Source of the DNA: Aeromonadaceae bacterium
GTDB taxonomy: Bacteria > Pseudomonadota > Gammaproteobacteria > Enterobacterales > Aeromonadaceae
Reading direction: 5' to 3'
NCBI GenBank assembly: GCA_018059485.1
Contig: JAGOXX010000001.1
Span: 1-43,229, forward strand
Length of the DNA: 43,229 nucleotides
Below are positions 27,468 through 38,039 of this stretch, in pieces (within the stretch, counting starts at the first letter, position 1; every line of letters begins with the position of its first letter). The position numbers were made by a program, and so were the translations under genes. The notes under the pieces were generated by a model. The model had not been told where the DNA came from and ran no database searches. It worked only from the letters and a program-made list of their open reading frames with translations.

Positions 27468-28229
27468 TTGCTTCATTACCGACAACAAGGAGCCGACTTA
27501 GCTCCCGCCATCATTCTGCTGCACGGTCTGTTTGGGGATAAGGAAAACCTGGGGGCATTGGCGCGGGCCCTGGCGGGTGAATTCCGTGTTATCCAAGTGG
27601 ACTTACCCAACCATGGTGACTCACCACACCAGGCCGATATGGCATACCCCGGCATGTGTGACGAGCTGCTGTACCTACTCGACGCACTCGGTTTAGGCAA
27701 AGTTCATCTACTGGGGCACTCCCTCGGCGGCAAGCTGGCAATGCAGTTTGCCCTGCGCCACCCCCTGCGAGTGAACAGGCTGATCGTCGTAGACATGGCT
27801 CCCGTCACCTACGCCCCCCGGCATGAGAGTGTCTTTACCGCACTGCAGGCAGTCGTCGATCGCGGCTGCCGATCCCGTCAAGACGCCGATGCGACCATGA
27901 CCGAAGAGTTGGCCGATCCCCGCGTCCGCCAGTTTTTATTGAAGAGTTTTCGCGCCAGTGGTGGCTGGCATTTCAACCTGCCCGCCCTGAAGGCCAACTA
28001 CCTGATGCTGATGGGCTGGCCATCACCGGAATCCAGCTTCTCCGGACCAAGCCTCTTCATCAAAGGGGGGCAATCGGACTATCTGCTGCCGGAACATCAG
28101 TCCCTGGTCAGTCACTACTTCCCAGATGCCAAAGCCCGGATCATCCCGGATGCAGGTCACTGGCTGCATGCCGAGAAACCCTTGTTGTTCAATCGACTGG
28201 TTGTGGATTTCCTGTCGACAAGCCGTTAA
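27468..28229 (+). CDS. ybfF: Alpha/beta-hydrolase esterase YbfF
   Basis: LHGLFG, DLPNHG, GHSLGGK, GHWLHAEKP; probable TTG start behind GGAGG. Confidence 0.88.
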   Translation: MLHYRQQGADLAPAIILLHGLFGDKENLGALARALAGEFRVIQVDLPNHGDSPHQADMAYPGMCDELLYLLDALGLGKVHLLGHSLGGKLAMQFALRHPLRVNRLIVVDMAPVTYAPRHESVFTALQAVVDRGCRSRQDADATMTEELADPRVRQFLLKSFRASGGWHFNLPALKANYLMLMGWPSPESSFSGPSLFIKGGQSDYLLPEHQSLVSHYFPDAKARIIPDAGHWLHAEKPLLFNRLVVDFLSTSR

Positions 28230-28438
28230 CAGTGGCTCCCTCGGTATGCTATAGTTCGCGACCTGATGATGTAGACCCTGGCAATGCCGATGATGCCCGC
28301 ATCTGTGTATCATCCATGGCAAGGGTCTCTAGCAGAGATGATTTGGCGGCGGCTTCCGTGTCTGAACCGGTGAGAATTGCCGCCAACATTCGGCAAGCGC
28401 CAGCAAGAATTTGGGTTCAGTTCGTAGTAGATGTAACC

Positions 28439-28735
28439 ATGGCAAAACACCAAGAAGATCGAACCACCCTGGATCTCTTCGCCGAAGAAAAGCGCCCAGG
28501 CAGACCCAAAACCAATCCACTCCCCCGCGCCCTGCAGTTGAAGGTGAACAAGCGAAATCAACTGAAACGGGACAAGGCCAACGGCCTGCGACGAGTGGAG
28601 TTGAAAGTGGAGGCGGAACTGCTCGACCGACTCAACGATCTGGCCAAACAGCAAAACATGAGTCGCGCGGATTTGATCCAGTGGTTACTGAAGCAACATA
28701 TTGACGCTGAGACTGGGCACCAGTCTCAAGATTAA
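28439..28735 (+). CDS. ybfE: YbfE ribbon-helix-helix protein
   Basis: MAKHQEDRTTLDLF...RPGRPKTNPL...NKRNQLKRDK; ybfF-ybfE-fldA synteny. Confidence 0.9.
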   Translation: MAKHQEDRTTLDLFAEEKRPGRPKTNPLPRALQLKVNKRNQLKRDKANGLRRVELKVEAELLDRLNDLAKQQNMSRADLIQWLLKQHIDAETGHQSQD

Positions 28736-28787
28736 CTCATAATCAACCATCATTATTTCAACTCAACACCAAGGGTATACAACCACT

Positions 28788-29312
28788 ATGGCAAGTGTAG
28801 GTCTGTTTTTCGGTAGCGATACCGGTAATACGGAAGCCGTGGCAGGCATGATCCAGAAAGAGTTGGGCTCACATCTGGTCGACGTCCATGACATCGCCAA
28901 GAGCACCAAAGCAGACATCGACAGCTTCGATCTGTTGATCCTCGGGATCCCGACCTGGTATTACGGCGAGTCACAGGCAGACTGGGACGACTTCATGCCG
29001 GAACTCGAAGAGATCGACTTCAGCAGCAAGCTGGTCGCCATCTTCGGCTGTGGCGATCAGGAAGACTATGCAGAGTACTTCCTTGATGCCATGGGCACAC
29101 TCCGGGACGTGGTCGAAGCCCGAGGCGCCACCATCATTGGCCACTGGCCGACGGAAGGCTACCAATTTGAGGCCTCCAAGGCTCTGGTCGATGACAAACA
29201 TTTTGTCGGACTGGGCATCGACGAGGATCGTCAGCCTGAGCTGACGGCTGGCCGGGTTACCGCCTGGTGCAAACAGCTCGTTGACGAGATGTGTCTCGCC
29301 GAATTGCAATAA
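28788..29312 (+). CDS. fldA: Flavodoxin
   Basis: FGSDTGNTE, GIPTWYYGE, FGCGDQEDY, DEDRQPELT. Confidence 0.97.
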   Translation: MASVGLFFGSDTGNTEAVAGMIQKELGSHLVDVHDIAKSTKADIDSFDLLILGIPTWYYGESQADWDDFMPELEEIDFSSKLVAIFGCGDQEDYAEYFLDAMGTLRDVVEARGATIIGHWPTEGYQFEASKALVDDKHFVGLGIDEDRQPELTAGRVTAWCKQLVDEMCLAELQ

Positions 29313-29318
29313 ACAACT

Positions 29319-29342
29319 GGCCCGCGATTGCGGGCCTGTTTT
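29319..29342 (+). terminator. Terminator after fldA
   Basis: GGCCCGC-GATT-GCGGGCC-TGTTTT. Confidence 0.7.
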
Positions 29343-29376
29343 ATGGTGAGCCTCCGACCCGTTGCAGGAGGCAAAC

Positions 29377-30312
29377 ATGTCAACGCTGTTCATATCTGGC
29401 CTGATCAATATCGAAACCACAGTCGCGATCCCGGGTTTCCCTCTCCCCTATGCGCCGGTTCACTACCCATTTCACGGTATTCACAGCTCGGTTTCCGGTG
29501 TTGGTGTCAATCTGGCCACCGCGTTACACCGGCTTGGCAACCAGGTGTATCTCCACAGCCTGATCGGTCCCGATCTCGCCGGCGAAACAGCTCTCCTCTC
29601 GCTCCAACAACTGGGGCTCGACTGCGAGGGGATCACGCCAAGCCTGAGCGCCACTCCCCAGAGTGTCATCCTGTATGACCCGCAAGGGCGTCGACAAATT
29701 CAGGTCGATCTCAAGGAGTGTCAGGAGCAGGAACTGCCCCGCGAGGCGGCACAGCGTCTACAGCGATGCGATATGGCATTGCTATGCAACATCAACTTCT
29801 CTCGCCCTCTGTTGGCCGAAGCCAAACGACAAAACAAGCCAATTGCTACCGATGTGCATGTGCTATGGGATATCGACGATCCCTACAATCGTGATTTCAT
29901 GGCCGCTGCCGATATTCTCTTTCTCAGCGATGAAGGGCTCGATGGTCGTCCAGCCGATGAGTTTCTGCGTGAGATAGCCGGACGTTATCACAACGCACTC
30001 ATAGTGCTCGGCCGTGGCGCCCATGGCTCTTTGCTCTATCAACACGCAGATCGTTCATTTTTCCATGTACCTGCGCTTGCCCCCCGAGGCGTACGCAACA
30101 CGGTTGGCGCAGGCGACGCACTCTTTTCAGCCTTCATTCACGAATGGCAACAACACCACGATGCCCGACTGGCATTGCAACGCGCCAGCCTATTTGCCGG
30201 TTGGAAAGTGGGAGCCGTCGGTGCCGCAGAAGGACTGCCTGATGTTAACGAATGGCAACAACTGTTAATGACACACGCCAAAAGCTGCGACCGTGGTAAC
30301 ATACGCAGCTGA
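29377..30312 (+). CDS. PfkB/ribokinase-family carbohydrate kinase
   Basis: SGVGVNLATALHRLG, NTVGAGDALF; GGAGG SD before ATG at 29377. Confidence 0.88.
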   Translation: MSTLFISGLINIETTVAIPGFPLPYAPVHYPFHGIHSSVSGVGVNLATALHRLGNQVYLHSLIGPDLAGETALLSLQQLGLDCEGITPSLSATPQSVILYDPQGRRQIQVDLKECQEQELPREAAQRLQRCDMALLCNINFSRPLLAEAKRQNKPIATDVHVLWDIDDPYNRDFMAAADILFLSDEGLDGRPADEFLREIAGRYHNALIVLGRGAHGSLLYQHADRSFFHVPALAPRGVRNTVGAGDALFSAFIHEWQQHHDARLALQRASLFAGWKVGAVGAAEGLPDVNEWQQLLMTHAKSCDRGNIRS

Positions 30313-30425
30313 GCTTAATCTTGGTAACTAGGTCCCTGACGGTTTCAATTCACCCGACATGGACCATATAATGCAATGCATCGACGCATGAATGCGGCCT
30401 TTGTCGCCTCAGAAGAAAGAGAGCC

Positions 30426-30866
30426 ATGACCCCGAATAATAAGCAGCTAAAAGACGCCGGCCTGAAGATCACCTCCCCGCGGATCAAGATATTGCAGTAT
30501 CTGCAGACTCCGGAGTGCCAACACATCAGCGCCGAAGAGCTCTATAAGAAACTGCTGGATCAAGGCGACGAGATTGGTCTAGCCACCGTCTATCGGGTGC
30601 TGAACCAGTTCGATGATGCGGGGATAGTGACGCGCCACCATTTTGAAGGTGGTAAGTCGGTCTTCGAACTAGCCCATCAGGAACATCACGACCATCTGGT
30701 CTGCCTCGACTGCGGTCGAGTCATCGAGTTTCACGATGATGTGATTGAACAGCGCCAAAATGAGATTGCCGAAAAATATGGGATGTCATTAACGCACCAC
30801 AGTCTCTATCTCTATGGTCATTGCGACCATCCGGAGTGCGTAGCCAAACGCAACAGGGTCAAATGA
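30426..30866 (+). CDS. fur: Ferric uptake regulator
   Basis: LKDAGLKITSPR, GLATVYRVL, HHDHLVCLDCG. Confidence 0.97.
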   Translation: MTPNNKQLKDAGLKITSPRIKILQYLQTPECQHISAEELYKKLLDQGDEIGLATVYRVLNQFDDAGIVTRHHFEGGKSVFELAHQEHHDHLVCLDCGRVIEFHDDVIEQRQNEIAEKYGMSLTHHSLYLYGHCDHPECVAKRNRVK

Positions 30867-30879
30867 ACCTTTGCCTGCG

Positions 30880-30909
30880 AAAAAAAACCGCCATGTTGGC
30901 GGTTTTTTT
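30880..30909. terminator. Bidirectional terminator between fur and glnS
   Basis: A8-CCGCCA-TGT-TGGCGG-T7. Confidence 0.88.
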
Positions 30910-30930
30910 ATCGCTAATTAAAGCACTGGA

Positions 30931-32592
30931 TCAACCCTGCCAGGTATCCCGCAGTGCGACCGTCAGATTAAAGACCAGGTGTTCCGGAGTAGACAACTTG
31001 CTGTCAGCACAGAAGTAGCCTTCCCGTTCAAACTGGTATGCCTGTTCCGCGACTGCGTGTCGCAGGCTCGGCTCAACACGAGCACCCTCGATAACCGTCA
31101 AAGACGCCGGATTGATGGTGGTCAGGAAATCCTCCGCGGCCCCCGGGTTGGCTACGGCGAACAATCGGTCATACAGACGAACCTGCGCAGGCAATGAGTG
31201 TTCGGCGGTCACCCAGTGGATCACCCCTTTGACCTTACGCCCATCGGCTGGGTCGACGCCCAGCGTATCTGGATCGTAGGTGCAATAGATGGTGGTAATT
31301 TTACCATCAGCATCCTTCTCGACCCGCTCCGCCTTGATGACGTAGGCATGACGCAGACGCACCTCTTTGCCCAACACCAGACGCTTGAACTGCTTGTTGG
31401 CCTCTTCGCGGAAATCCGCCTCGTCGATCAACAGCTCGCCGGCAAATGGCAGCTCATGACTACCCATCTCTGGCTTGTTCGGGTGATTGGGCGATTGCAG
31501 CAGCTCCACCTGACCGGCCGGATAGTTCTCGATCACCACGCGCACCGGGCGCAGCACGGCCATGGCTCGAGGAGCATTCTCGTTCAGGTCTTCACGAATG
31601 CAGGACTCCAGCGCACTCATCTCGACCGTATTATCCTGCTTGGTGACACCGATGCGGCGGCAGAACTCGCGGATCGCCGCCGGCGTGTAACCGCGACGAC
31701 GCAGGCCGGAAACAGTCGGCATCCGCGGATCATCCCACCCTTCAACCACTTGTTCGGTGACCAGCAGGTTTAGCTTACGCTTGGACATGATGCTGTATTC
31801 GAGGTTCAGACGGCTGAACTCGTACTGACGCGGGTGGCAGTCGATGCTGATGTTGTCGAGTACCCAATCATACAGACGGCGGTTGTCCTGGAACTCCAGA
31901 GTACAGATGGAGTGAGTGATCCCCTCCAAGGCGTCCGAGATGCAGTGGGTAAAATCATACATCGGATAGATGCACCACTTATCGCCCGTCTGATGATGCT
32001 CAGCAAACTTGACGCGGTAGATAACCGGATCGCGCATCACGATAAACGAGGAGGCCATATCGATCTTGGCTCGCAGACATGCCTCACCCTCTTGGAAACC
32101 ACCGCTGCGCATCTTCTCAAACAACGCTAGGTTTTCCTCGACGCTGCGGTCGCGATAGGGACTGTTCTTGCCTGGGCTGGTCAAGGTGCCACGGTATTCG
32201 CGGATCTCTTCGGCCGACAGCTCATCGACATAGGCCAATCCTTTTTCGATAAGTTCGATGGCATAGCCATACAGCTTATCGAAATAATCGGAGGAGTAAC
32301 GCACGTCACCGCTCCACTGGAAGCCAAGCCACTGAACGTCGCGCTGGATGGACTCCACATACTCAACCTCTTCTTTGGCCGGGTTGGTGTCGTCAAAACG
32401 CAGGTTACAGGTACCCTGATAATCTTGCGCAATGCCAAAGTTCAGACAGATGGACTTGGCATGGCCGATATGTAAATAACCATTCGGCTCCGGTGGAAAC
32501 CGGGTCGCAATACTGCTGTGTTTGCCGCTCGCCAGATCTTCATCGATGATCTGACGAATAAAATTGCTGGGGCGATGCTCCGCCTGAGTCAT
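30931..32592 (-). CDS. glnS: Glutamine--tRNA ligase
   Basis: [29 protein letters not shown]. Confidence 0.98.
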   Translation of the reverse strand: MTQAEHRPSNFIRQIIDEDLASGKHSSIATRFPPEPNGYLHIGHAKSICLNFGIAQDYQGTCNLRFDDTNPAKEEVEYVESIQRDVQWLGFQWSGDVRYSSDYFDKLYGYAIELIEKGLAYVDELSAEEIREYRGTLTSPGKNSPYRDRSVEENLALFEKMRSGGFQEGEACLRAKIDMASSFIVMRDPVIYRVKFAEHHQTGDKWCIYPMYDFTHCISDALEGITHSICTLEFQDNRRLYDWVLDNISIDCHPRQYEFSRLNLEYSIMSKRKLNLLVTEQVVEGWDDPRMPTVSGLRRRGYTPAAIREFCRRIGVTKQDNTVEMSALESCIREDLNENAPRAMAVLRPVRVVIENYPAGQVELLQSPNHPNKPEMGSHELPFAGELLIDEADFREEANKQFKRLVLGKEVRLRHAYVIKAERVEKDADGKITTIYCTYDPDTLGVDPADGRKVKGVIHWVTAEHSLPAQVRLYDRLFAVANPGAAEDFLTTINPASLTVIEGARVEPSLRHAVAEQAYQFEREGYFCADSKLSTPEHLVFNLTVALRDTWQG

Positions 32593-32702
32593 TCACTCAC
32601 CTCAAGAGATAATAGCTACAACTGCGTGATAACCGCTTATGTTCCATGAATCCTCGGTGTCACTCAAGGTATTTATCGGCGGCAAAGAGAAGTTGCCAGA
32701 CG

Positions 32703-32725
32703 AAAAAACCCCGCCGAAGCGGGGT
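32703..32725 (-). terminator. Terminator after nagE
   Basis: ACCCCGC-CGAA-GCGGGGT with T6 on the minus strand. Confidence 0.85.
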
Positions 32726-32776
32726 GAAAAAGGAGTAACCACTAAAAATAACCACATCAAGGAGCCAGGCTTATGT

Positions 32777-34279
32777 TCAGTTCGGTAACACAAGATCGCT
32801 CAAATCGGTGTCGTACGGGATCTTCTTCATCTCACCGGCGATAATCTCCGCCAGGGGGCCCAGCACAACTTGCAAGTTATTCTCACCCAGCTTCACCACA
32901 CCCGATGCACCAAGCGATTTCAATACTCGTTCGCTGACCACGGAACGATCCTTAAGCGTCAACCGCAAACGGGTGATACAGGCATCAATGGTCAACAGAT
33001 TATCGTGGCCACCCAGCGCCTTGAGATACTGCTTGGCCAGCACGGTTCGATCTGCGGTCTGAGCCACTGGCGCTGCGCTCGTGGAAACCCCGTCATCGTC
33101 TTCACGGCCCGGTGTTTTCAGGTTGAAACGAACGATGACAATCCGGAATACGAAGTAGTAGATGAAGAAGAAAGCTACGCCTTGCAGCAGCAACATGTAC
33201 CACTGTATCGCTAGTGGATTGTGGGAGGAGAGCACCATATCCACGAGGCCTGCGCTGAAGCCAAAGCCAGCAATCCAGTGCATGGAAGCGGCAATAAATA
33301 CCGAAATACCGGTCAGCAGGGCGTGCAACACATACAGCAGCGGCGCCACGAACATGAAGGCAAACTCCAGCGGTTCGGTCACCCCGGTAAAGAAGGCTGA
33401 GAACGCAGCGGCGATCATGATGGAGGCCACCTTCGCCTTATTCTCGGCCTTGGAGGTCTGGTAAATCGCCAAGGCCGCGCCCGGCAGACCAAACATCATG
33501 ATGGGGAAGAAGCCCGCCTGATACATACCAGTGACACCAACCACAGCCTTACCTTCGGCCAGTGATTTGGCGCCCCCGATGAAGTTTGGTATGTCATTGA
33601 TACCTGCCACATCAAACCAGAACACAGAGTTCAACGCGTGATGCAGACCAATCGGGATCAGCAAGCGATTGAAGAAGGCATAGATACCGGCCCCTGCAGC
33701 CCCCATCCCCTGGATCTGCTCGCCAAAACTGACCAGACCGCCATAGATCACCGGCCAGAGATACATCAACACGAAAGCCAATGGGATCATGGCAAACGAC
33801 GTCAGGATTGGAATCAATCGACGACCACTAAAGAATGCTAATGTCTTATGTAACTCGACACTGCTGAAACGGTTATACAGCTCGGCGGCAATAATCCCGG
33901 TCAGGATCCCGACAAACTGGTTTTGAATTTTGGTGAATGCAACCGGAACATCCGCAGGAGCCAGACCCATTATTTGTGCCACGGCACCCGGCGAACAGAG
34001 CGTTGTCAGTACAAGGAAACCGACAAAGCCAGCCAACGCGGCAGCCCCATCTTTATCTTTGGACATGCCATACGCCACACCGACAGCAAAGAGCATCGAC
34101 ATATTGTCGATGATGGCCCCACCAGACTTGATGAAAAACGCAGCCAGAGCACTATTTCCCCCCCATGCTACCGGATCGATCCAGTACCCCACCCCCATCA
34201 GGATCGCCGCTGCTGGCAAAGTCGCCACAGGCACCATCAAGGCACGCCCTACTTTTTGTAAGTAACCGAGAATATTCAC
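32777..34279 (-). CDS. nagE: PTS N-acetylglucosamine transporter EIICB (no fused EIIA)
   Basis: LQKVGRALMVPVATLP, GLHHALN, GVTEPLEF, EIIB motif DACITRLR; divergent from nagB. Confidence 0.95.
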   Translation of the reverse strand: MNILGYLQKVGRALMVPVATLPAAAILMGVGYWIDPVAWGGNSALAAFFIKSGGAIIDNMSMLFAVGVAYGMSKDKDGAAALAGFVGFLVLTTLCSPGAVAQIMGLAPADVPVAFTKIQNQFVGILTGIIAAELYNRFSSVELHKTLAFFSGRRLIPILTSFAMIPLAFVLMYLWPVIYGGLVSFGEQIQGMGAAGAGIYAFFNRLLIPIGLHHALNSVFWFDVAGINDIPNFIGGAKSLAEGKAVVGVTGMYQAGFFPIMMFGLPGAALAIYQTSKAENKAKVASIMIAAAFSAFFTGVTEPLEFAFMFVAPLLYVLHALLTGISVFIAASMHWIAGFGFSAGLVDMVLSSHNPLAIQWYMLLLQGVAFFFIYYFVFRIVIVRFNLKTPGREDDDGVSTSAAPVAQTADRTVLAKQYLKALGGHDNLLTIDACITRLRLTLKDRSVVSERVLKSLGASGVVKLGENNLQVVLGPLAEIIAGEMKKIPYDTDLSDLVLPN

Positions 34280-34458
34280 GTTCAGCTCCTAGTTTTTCAG
34301 TGAATTCCGTGTGCAGCAACACAGCGCCGACCCAACTTGATTCACAACTAATATCAACCTGTATTCCGCTCGCATCGAGCATTCACAAATTCAGGTTTGG
34401 TATCTCACTGCTCGCGACCGCAATGACAGTCGCGAGCTGATGAGTGAAGTCTAGAACA

Positions 34459-34575
34459 GTTATTTTTCGACGAGAAACAACATTGGCGTATATCGTGACA
34501 GGAATCACTAAAGAAGGATTTCATGACAGTGATAACTGGCCATAATACGCACCTTGATTTAGCATGTGAAATAAG
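34459..34575. promoter_or_regulatory. Paired NagC operators with an intervening CRP site
   Basis: 23-bp sites GTTATTTTTCGACGAGAAACAAC (34459-34481) and CTTGATTTAGCATGTGAAATAAG (34553-34575), 94 bp apart. CGTGA-N6-TCACT at 34494-34509. Confidence 0.75.
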
Positions 34576-34609
34576 TTGTAGCGTCACTGAGTTCTACAAG
34601 GAGACTTCG

Positions 34610-35410
34610 ATGCGCCTGATCCCGCTTAAACAAACCGCTCATGTTGGCTATTGGTCCGCTCGTTATATCGTCGATCGCATTAATCAATTTGCACCGACAC
34701 CGGAACGCCCCTTCATACTCGGATTACCAACTGGCGGCACGCCGCTGAACACCTATCGCCGTCTGATTGAGCTGCATCAGCAAGGAGAGGTCAGCTTCGC
34801 GAATGTGGTGACTTTCAACATGGATGAATATGTAGGTCTGGCAGAATCCCATCCCCAGAGTTATCACAGCTTCATGTTCGAGAACTTCTTCAATCACATC
34901 GATATTCGCCGGGAAAACATCAACATACTGGACGGCAATGCCCCGGATTTAATCGCCGAATGCCAGCGCTACGAAGAGAAGATCAAGTCCTATGGCCGCA
35001 TTCACCTCTTTATGGGTGGCGTGGGCAACGATGGACACATCGCCTTCAATGAGCCAGCATCCTCCCTGAGCTCTCGTACCCGCATCAAGACATTGACCGA
35101 GGACACCCGCATCGCCAATGCCCGTTTCTTCGATAATGATGTCTCTCAAGTTCCACGCTTGGCGCTGACCGTAGGGGTCGGAACCCTTCTCGATGCCGAA
35201 GAGATCCTGATCCTGGTGACTGGGCATGCCAAGGCGCAAGCCTTGCAAGCCGCTGTTGAAGGGAGTGTCAATCATCTGTGGACCATCTCAGCCCTGCAAC
35301 TGCATCCACGCGGTATTATCGTCTGTGACGAGCCCAGCACCATGGAGCTCAAGGTGAAGACAGTGCGTTACTTCCAGGAATTGGAAGCGGAAAACATCAA
35401 ACGGATTTGA
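34610..35410 (+). CDS. nagB: Glucosamine-6-phosphate deaminase
   Basis: MRLIPL start at 34610, [27 protein letters not shown]. Confidence 0.97.
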   Translation: MRLIPLKQTAHVGYWSARYIVDRINQFAPTPERPFILGLPTGGTPLNTYRRLIELHQQGEVSFANVVTFNMDEYVGLAESHPQSYHSFMFENFFNHIDIRRENINILDGNAPDLIAECQRYEEKIKSYGRIHLFMGGVGNDGHIAFNEPASSLSSRTRIKTLTEDTRIANARFFDNDVSQVPRLALTVGVGTLLDAEEILILVTGHAKAQALQAAVEGSVNHLWTISALQLHPRGIIVCDEPSTMELKVKTVRYFQELEAENIKRI

Positions 35411-35420
35411 GGATAACCAC

Positions 35421-36569
35421 ATGTTTGTATTGCGTAATGGGCTAATCCATACCGAAGTAGGGTTACTCCAGCAGCACGCCCTGCTCATCGACCAGGGACG
35501 GATCGTCGCGATCCGTCCGCAATCAGCATTCAGCGCGGATCTCCCCTCCTATGACCTGCACGGTCAGCATCTGAGTGCAGGGTTTATCGATCTACAACTC
35601 AATGGCTGTGGCGGTGTCATGTTCAATGACGCCCCAACGCTGGAAACATTGGCCGTGATGCAGGCTGCGAATCTACGCTCTGGCACCACCAGCTTCTTGC
35701 CAACTCTGATCACCAGTCCGGATCTGGATATGTGCAGCGCCATCGAGGCCACTCGGGATTACATGCAGGTTCATCCCCATGAGGTGCTGGGTCTACATCT
35801 GGAGGGGCCCTACACCAATGTTCTGCGCAAGGGGATCCATCCAGCCGACCAGATCCGCCTCCCCACAACGGAGATGATCGATTATCTGTGTGAGCAAGCC
35901 CCTTGGATTGCCAAAATCACCCTGGCTCCGGAACAAAATAATCCGCAGCACATTCGTCAATTGCGCGATGCCGGTATTCTGGTCGCCATAGGTCACAGTG
36001 CGGCCACCTATGCAGAAGCAATGGCAGGTTTTGACGCCGGCATCCGTTTTGCAACTCACCTGTATAACGCCATGACACCGACGCTCAACGGTCGGGAGCC
36101 GGGCGTTGTCGGTGCCATCTATGACCGGGATGATATCTATGCAGGCATCATAGTGGATGGCCATCACGTGCACGCGGCCAATGTACGTTTAGCGCAGCGA
36201 GTGCTCGGTGAGCGTCTCTGCCTAGTAACCGATGCCACCGCCCCTGCCGGAGCACCTGCAGGCTTCAATCATTTCGACTTCTGTGGCACAACCGTCTTTT
36301 TCCGCCATGGGCAATGCGTGGACATGAATGGTACACTCGGCGGCTCGGCACTCACCATGATCGAAGGGGTTCAGAACCTGGTCCAGCACGTCGGGATCTC
36401 GCTGGCAGAAGCCCTGCGCATGGCCAGCCTCTACCCTGCTCGCGCCATAGGACGAGCCGATGAATTGGGCAGTGTTGCCGAGGGGAAGATTGCCAACCTG
36501 GTCATCTTTAACGATGCCTTCAAGGTCACGGCAACACTGGTCGATGGAACCTATCAAGAACACCGATAA
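35421..36569 (+). CDS. nagA: N-acetylglucosamine-6-phosphate deacetylase
   Basis: GFIDLQLNGCGG, HLEGPY, THLYNAM, VTDA. Confidence 0.96.
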   Translation: MFVLRNGLIHTEVGLLQQHALLIDQGRIVAIRPQSAFSADLPSYDLHGQHLSAGFIDLQLNGCGGVMFNDAPTLETLAVMQAANLRSGTTSFLPTLITSPDLDMCSAIEATRDYMQVHPHEVLGLHLEGPYTNVLRKGIHPADQIRLPTTEMIDYLCEQAPWIAKITLAPEQNNPQHIRQLRDAGILVAIGHSAATYAEAMAGFDAGIRFATHLYNAMTPTLNGREPGVVGAIYDRDDIYAGIIVDGHHVHAANVRLAQRVLGERLCLVTDATAPAGAPAGFNHFDFCGTTVFFRHGQCVDMNGTLGGSALTMIEGVQNLVQHVGISLAEALRMASLYPARAIGRADELGSVAEGKIANLVIFNDAFKVTATLVDGTYQEHR

Positions 36570-37784
36570 ATGACAGACGGACAAATAGCCAATATCGATC
36601 TGGTCAAGCAGGTAAATGCCGCGGCCGTATATCGCATCATCGACCTGCAAGGGCCAATCTCCCGCGTCAAAGTGGCTGAAATCAGTCAATTGGCTCCAGC
36701 GAGTGTCACCAAAATTACCCGGCAATTGCTGGAACATGACCTGATCCGCGAAGAGGCATTCCAGGAGTCCACTGGTGGTCGTAGAGCAATCTCGCTGATG
36801 ACAGTGCGCGAGCGATTTCAGTTTGTCTCCTGCCGCCTAGGACGCCGGACTCTCTATCTGGCGCTGTGTGATCTGGAGGGTCGGGAACTGGTGCAGATGC
36901 GTCGGGAACGAGATAGCCAATTGACAACCGAGCAGGTGCTTACCCTCCTGATCGATGCCATCGAGCAATTGATTGCCTCGCACCCTCGCAAGATCCGCAA
37001 GCTGATAGGTCTGGCCGTCACTCTACCCGGTCTGGTCAATCCAGAATCCGGGGAAGTGCTATATATGCCAACACTGACCCTCAATCGGGTACCCCTGGCT
37101 AACTTGCTGGAGAGCCACTTTCGCCTCCCCTGCTACGTGGGCAATGACACCCGCTCTTTGGCATTGGCCGAGCATTTCTTTGGCGCCTCCCGCGAGAATC
37201 AGGATGCCATCCTGATCACGGTGCACAACGGTGTTGGCTCAGGGATCATCAGCAAGGGCCGAGTGCTGCTAGGACAAAACCGCAATGTCGGTGAAATTGG
37301 TCATATCCAGGTTGAACGGTTTGGTCGTCGTTGCCACTGTGGCAACTTTGGCTGCTTGGAAACCATAGTATCCAATGCCGCTATCGTGGAGCGAACTCAG
37401 GAGCTGATTGCTCGTGGCCATAGCACCTCTCTTGCGGCAACCGATCTCACCATAGAACAGATCTGCCGGGCAGCGAATGCCGGGGATGGCCTTGCAGGCC
37501 AGATTATTCAAGAAACTGGTGAGTATCTGGGACGAACTATTGCCATCATGGTCAATCTCTTCAATCCCGAGAAGATCCTGCTCGCCGGTGAGGTAGTCGA
37601 GGCCGACAAAATCCTCTTCCCCGCGATACGTCGTTGTGTGGAACAGCAATCGCTCCCCAGCTTTCATCAGGATCTACCCATAGTTCGAGCTCATTTTCAG
37701 GGGAGACACACCATGGGCGGAATGGCCTTGATCAAACGAGCCCTGCTGGAAGGAGATCTTTTGCAGCGTATCATGGAAATGTGA
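36570..37784 (+). CDS. nagC: ROK-family repressor NagC
   Basis: GPISRVKVAEISQLAPASVTKITRQL, STGGRRA, GEIGH...CHCGNFGCLE. Confidence 0.96.
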   Translation: MTDGQIANIDLVKQVNAAAVYRIIDLQGPISRVKVAEISQLAPASVTKITRQLLEHDLIREEAFQESTGGRRAISLMTVRERFQFVSCRLGRRTLYLALCDLEGRELVQMRRERDSQLTTEQVLTLLIDAIEQLIASHPRKIRKLIGLAVTLPGLVNPESGEVLYMPTLTLNRVPLANLLESHFRLPCYVGNDTRSLALAEHFFGASRENQDAILITVHNGVGSGIISKGRVLLGQNRNVGEIGHIQVERFGRRCHCGNFGCLETIVSNAAIVERTQELIARGHSTSLAATDLTIEQICRAANAGDGLAGQIIQETGEYLGRTIAIMVNLFNPEKILLAGEVVEADKILFPAIRRCVEQQSLPSFHQDLPIVRAHFQGRHTMGGMALIKRALLEGDLLQRIMEM

Positions 37785-37800
37785 TGCAACCCGAGAATAC

Positions 37801-37825
37801 AAAAACCGGATAATCCGGTTTTTTT
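37801..37825 (+). terminator. Terminator after nagC
   Basis: AAAAACCGGA-TAA-TCCGG-T7. Confidence 0.85.
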
Positions 37826-38039
37826 ATATCGACTTGCCAAATTAGTTTGTAAAAACCCAGTTTTGTGCTTTTTTTCAGCTATTTACGCCATTTTTTCACG
37901 CCCAGAGCACAACATTTGCGCCGCTAGCGAGCAGGATTGACCTATGATAAAAATAATTTATCATCACGCGCAAATACTCGATTTTTAACTCTTTCCATGG
38001 CTGAACATACTTCCCGGCGATAGGACAACAACAATAGCA

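Noticed and set aside
28303-28318. Possible SOS box upstream of ybfE (CTGTGTATCATCCATG)
   Set aside because: The right half-site does not match ACAG, and the sequence is explained by the RNA hairpin.
28739-28756. Fur-box-like sequence upstream of fldA
   Set aside because: One good half-site but wrong spacing and a mismatched second half.
30417-30424. 8-nt complement between the sRNA (GCUCUCUU) and the fur SD region (AAGAGAGC)
   Set aside because: Short, low-complexity and partly inside the sRNA hairpin; expected by chance for purine-rich SD regions.
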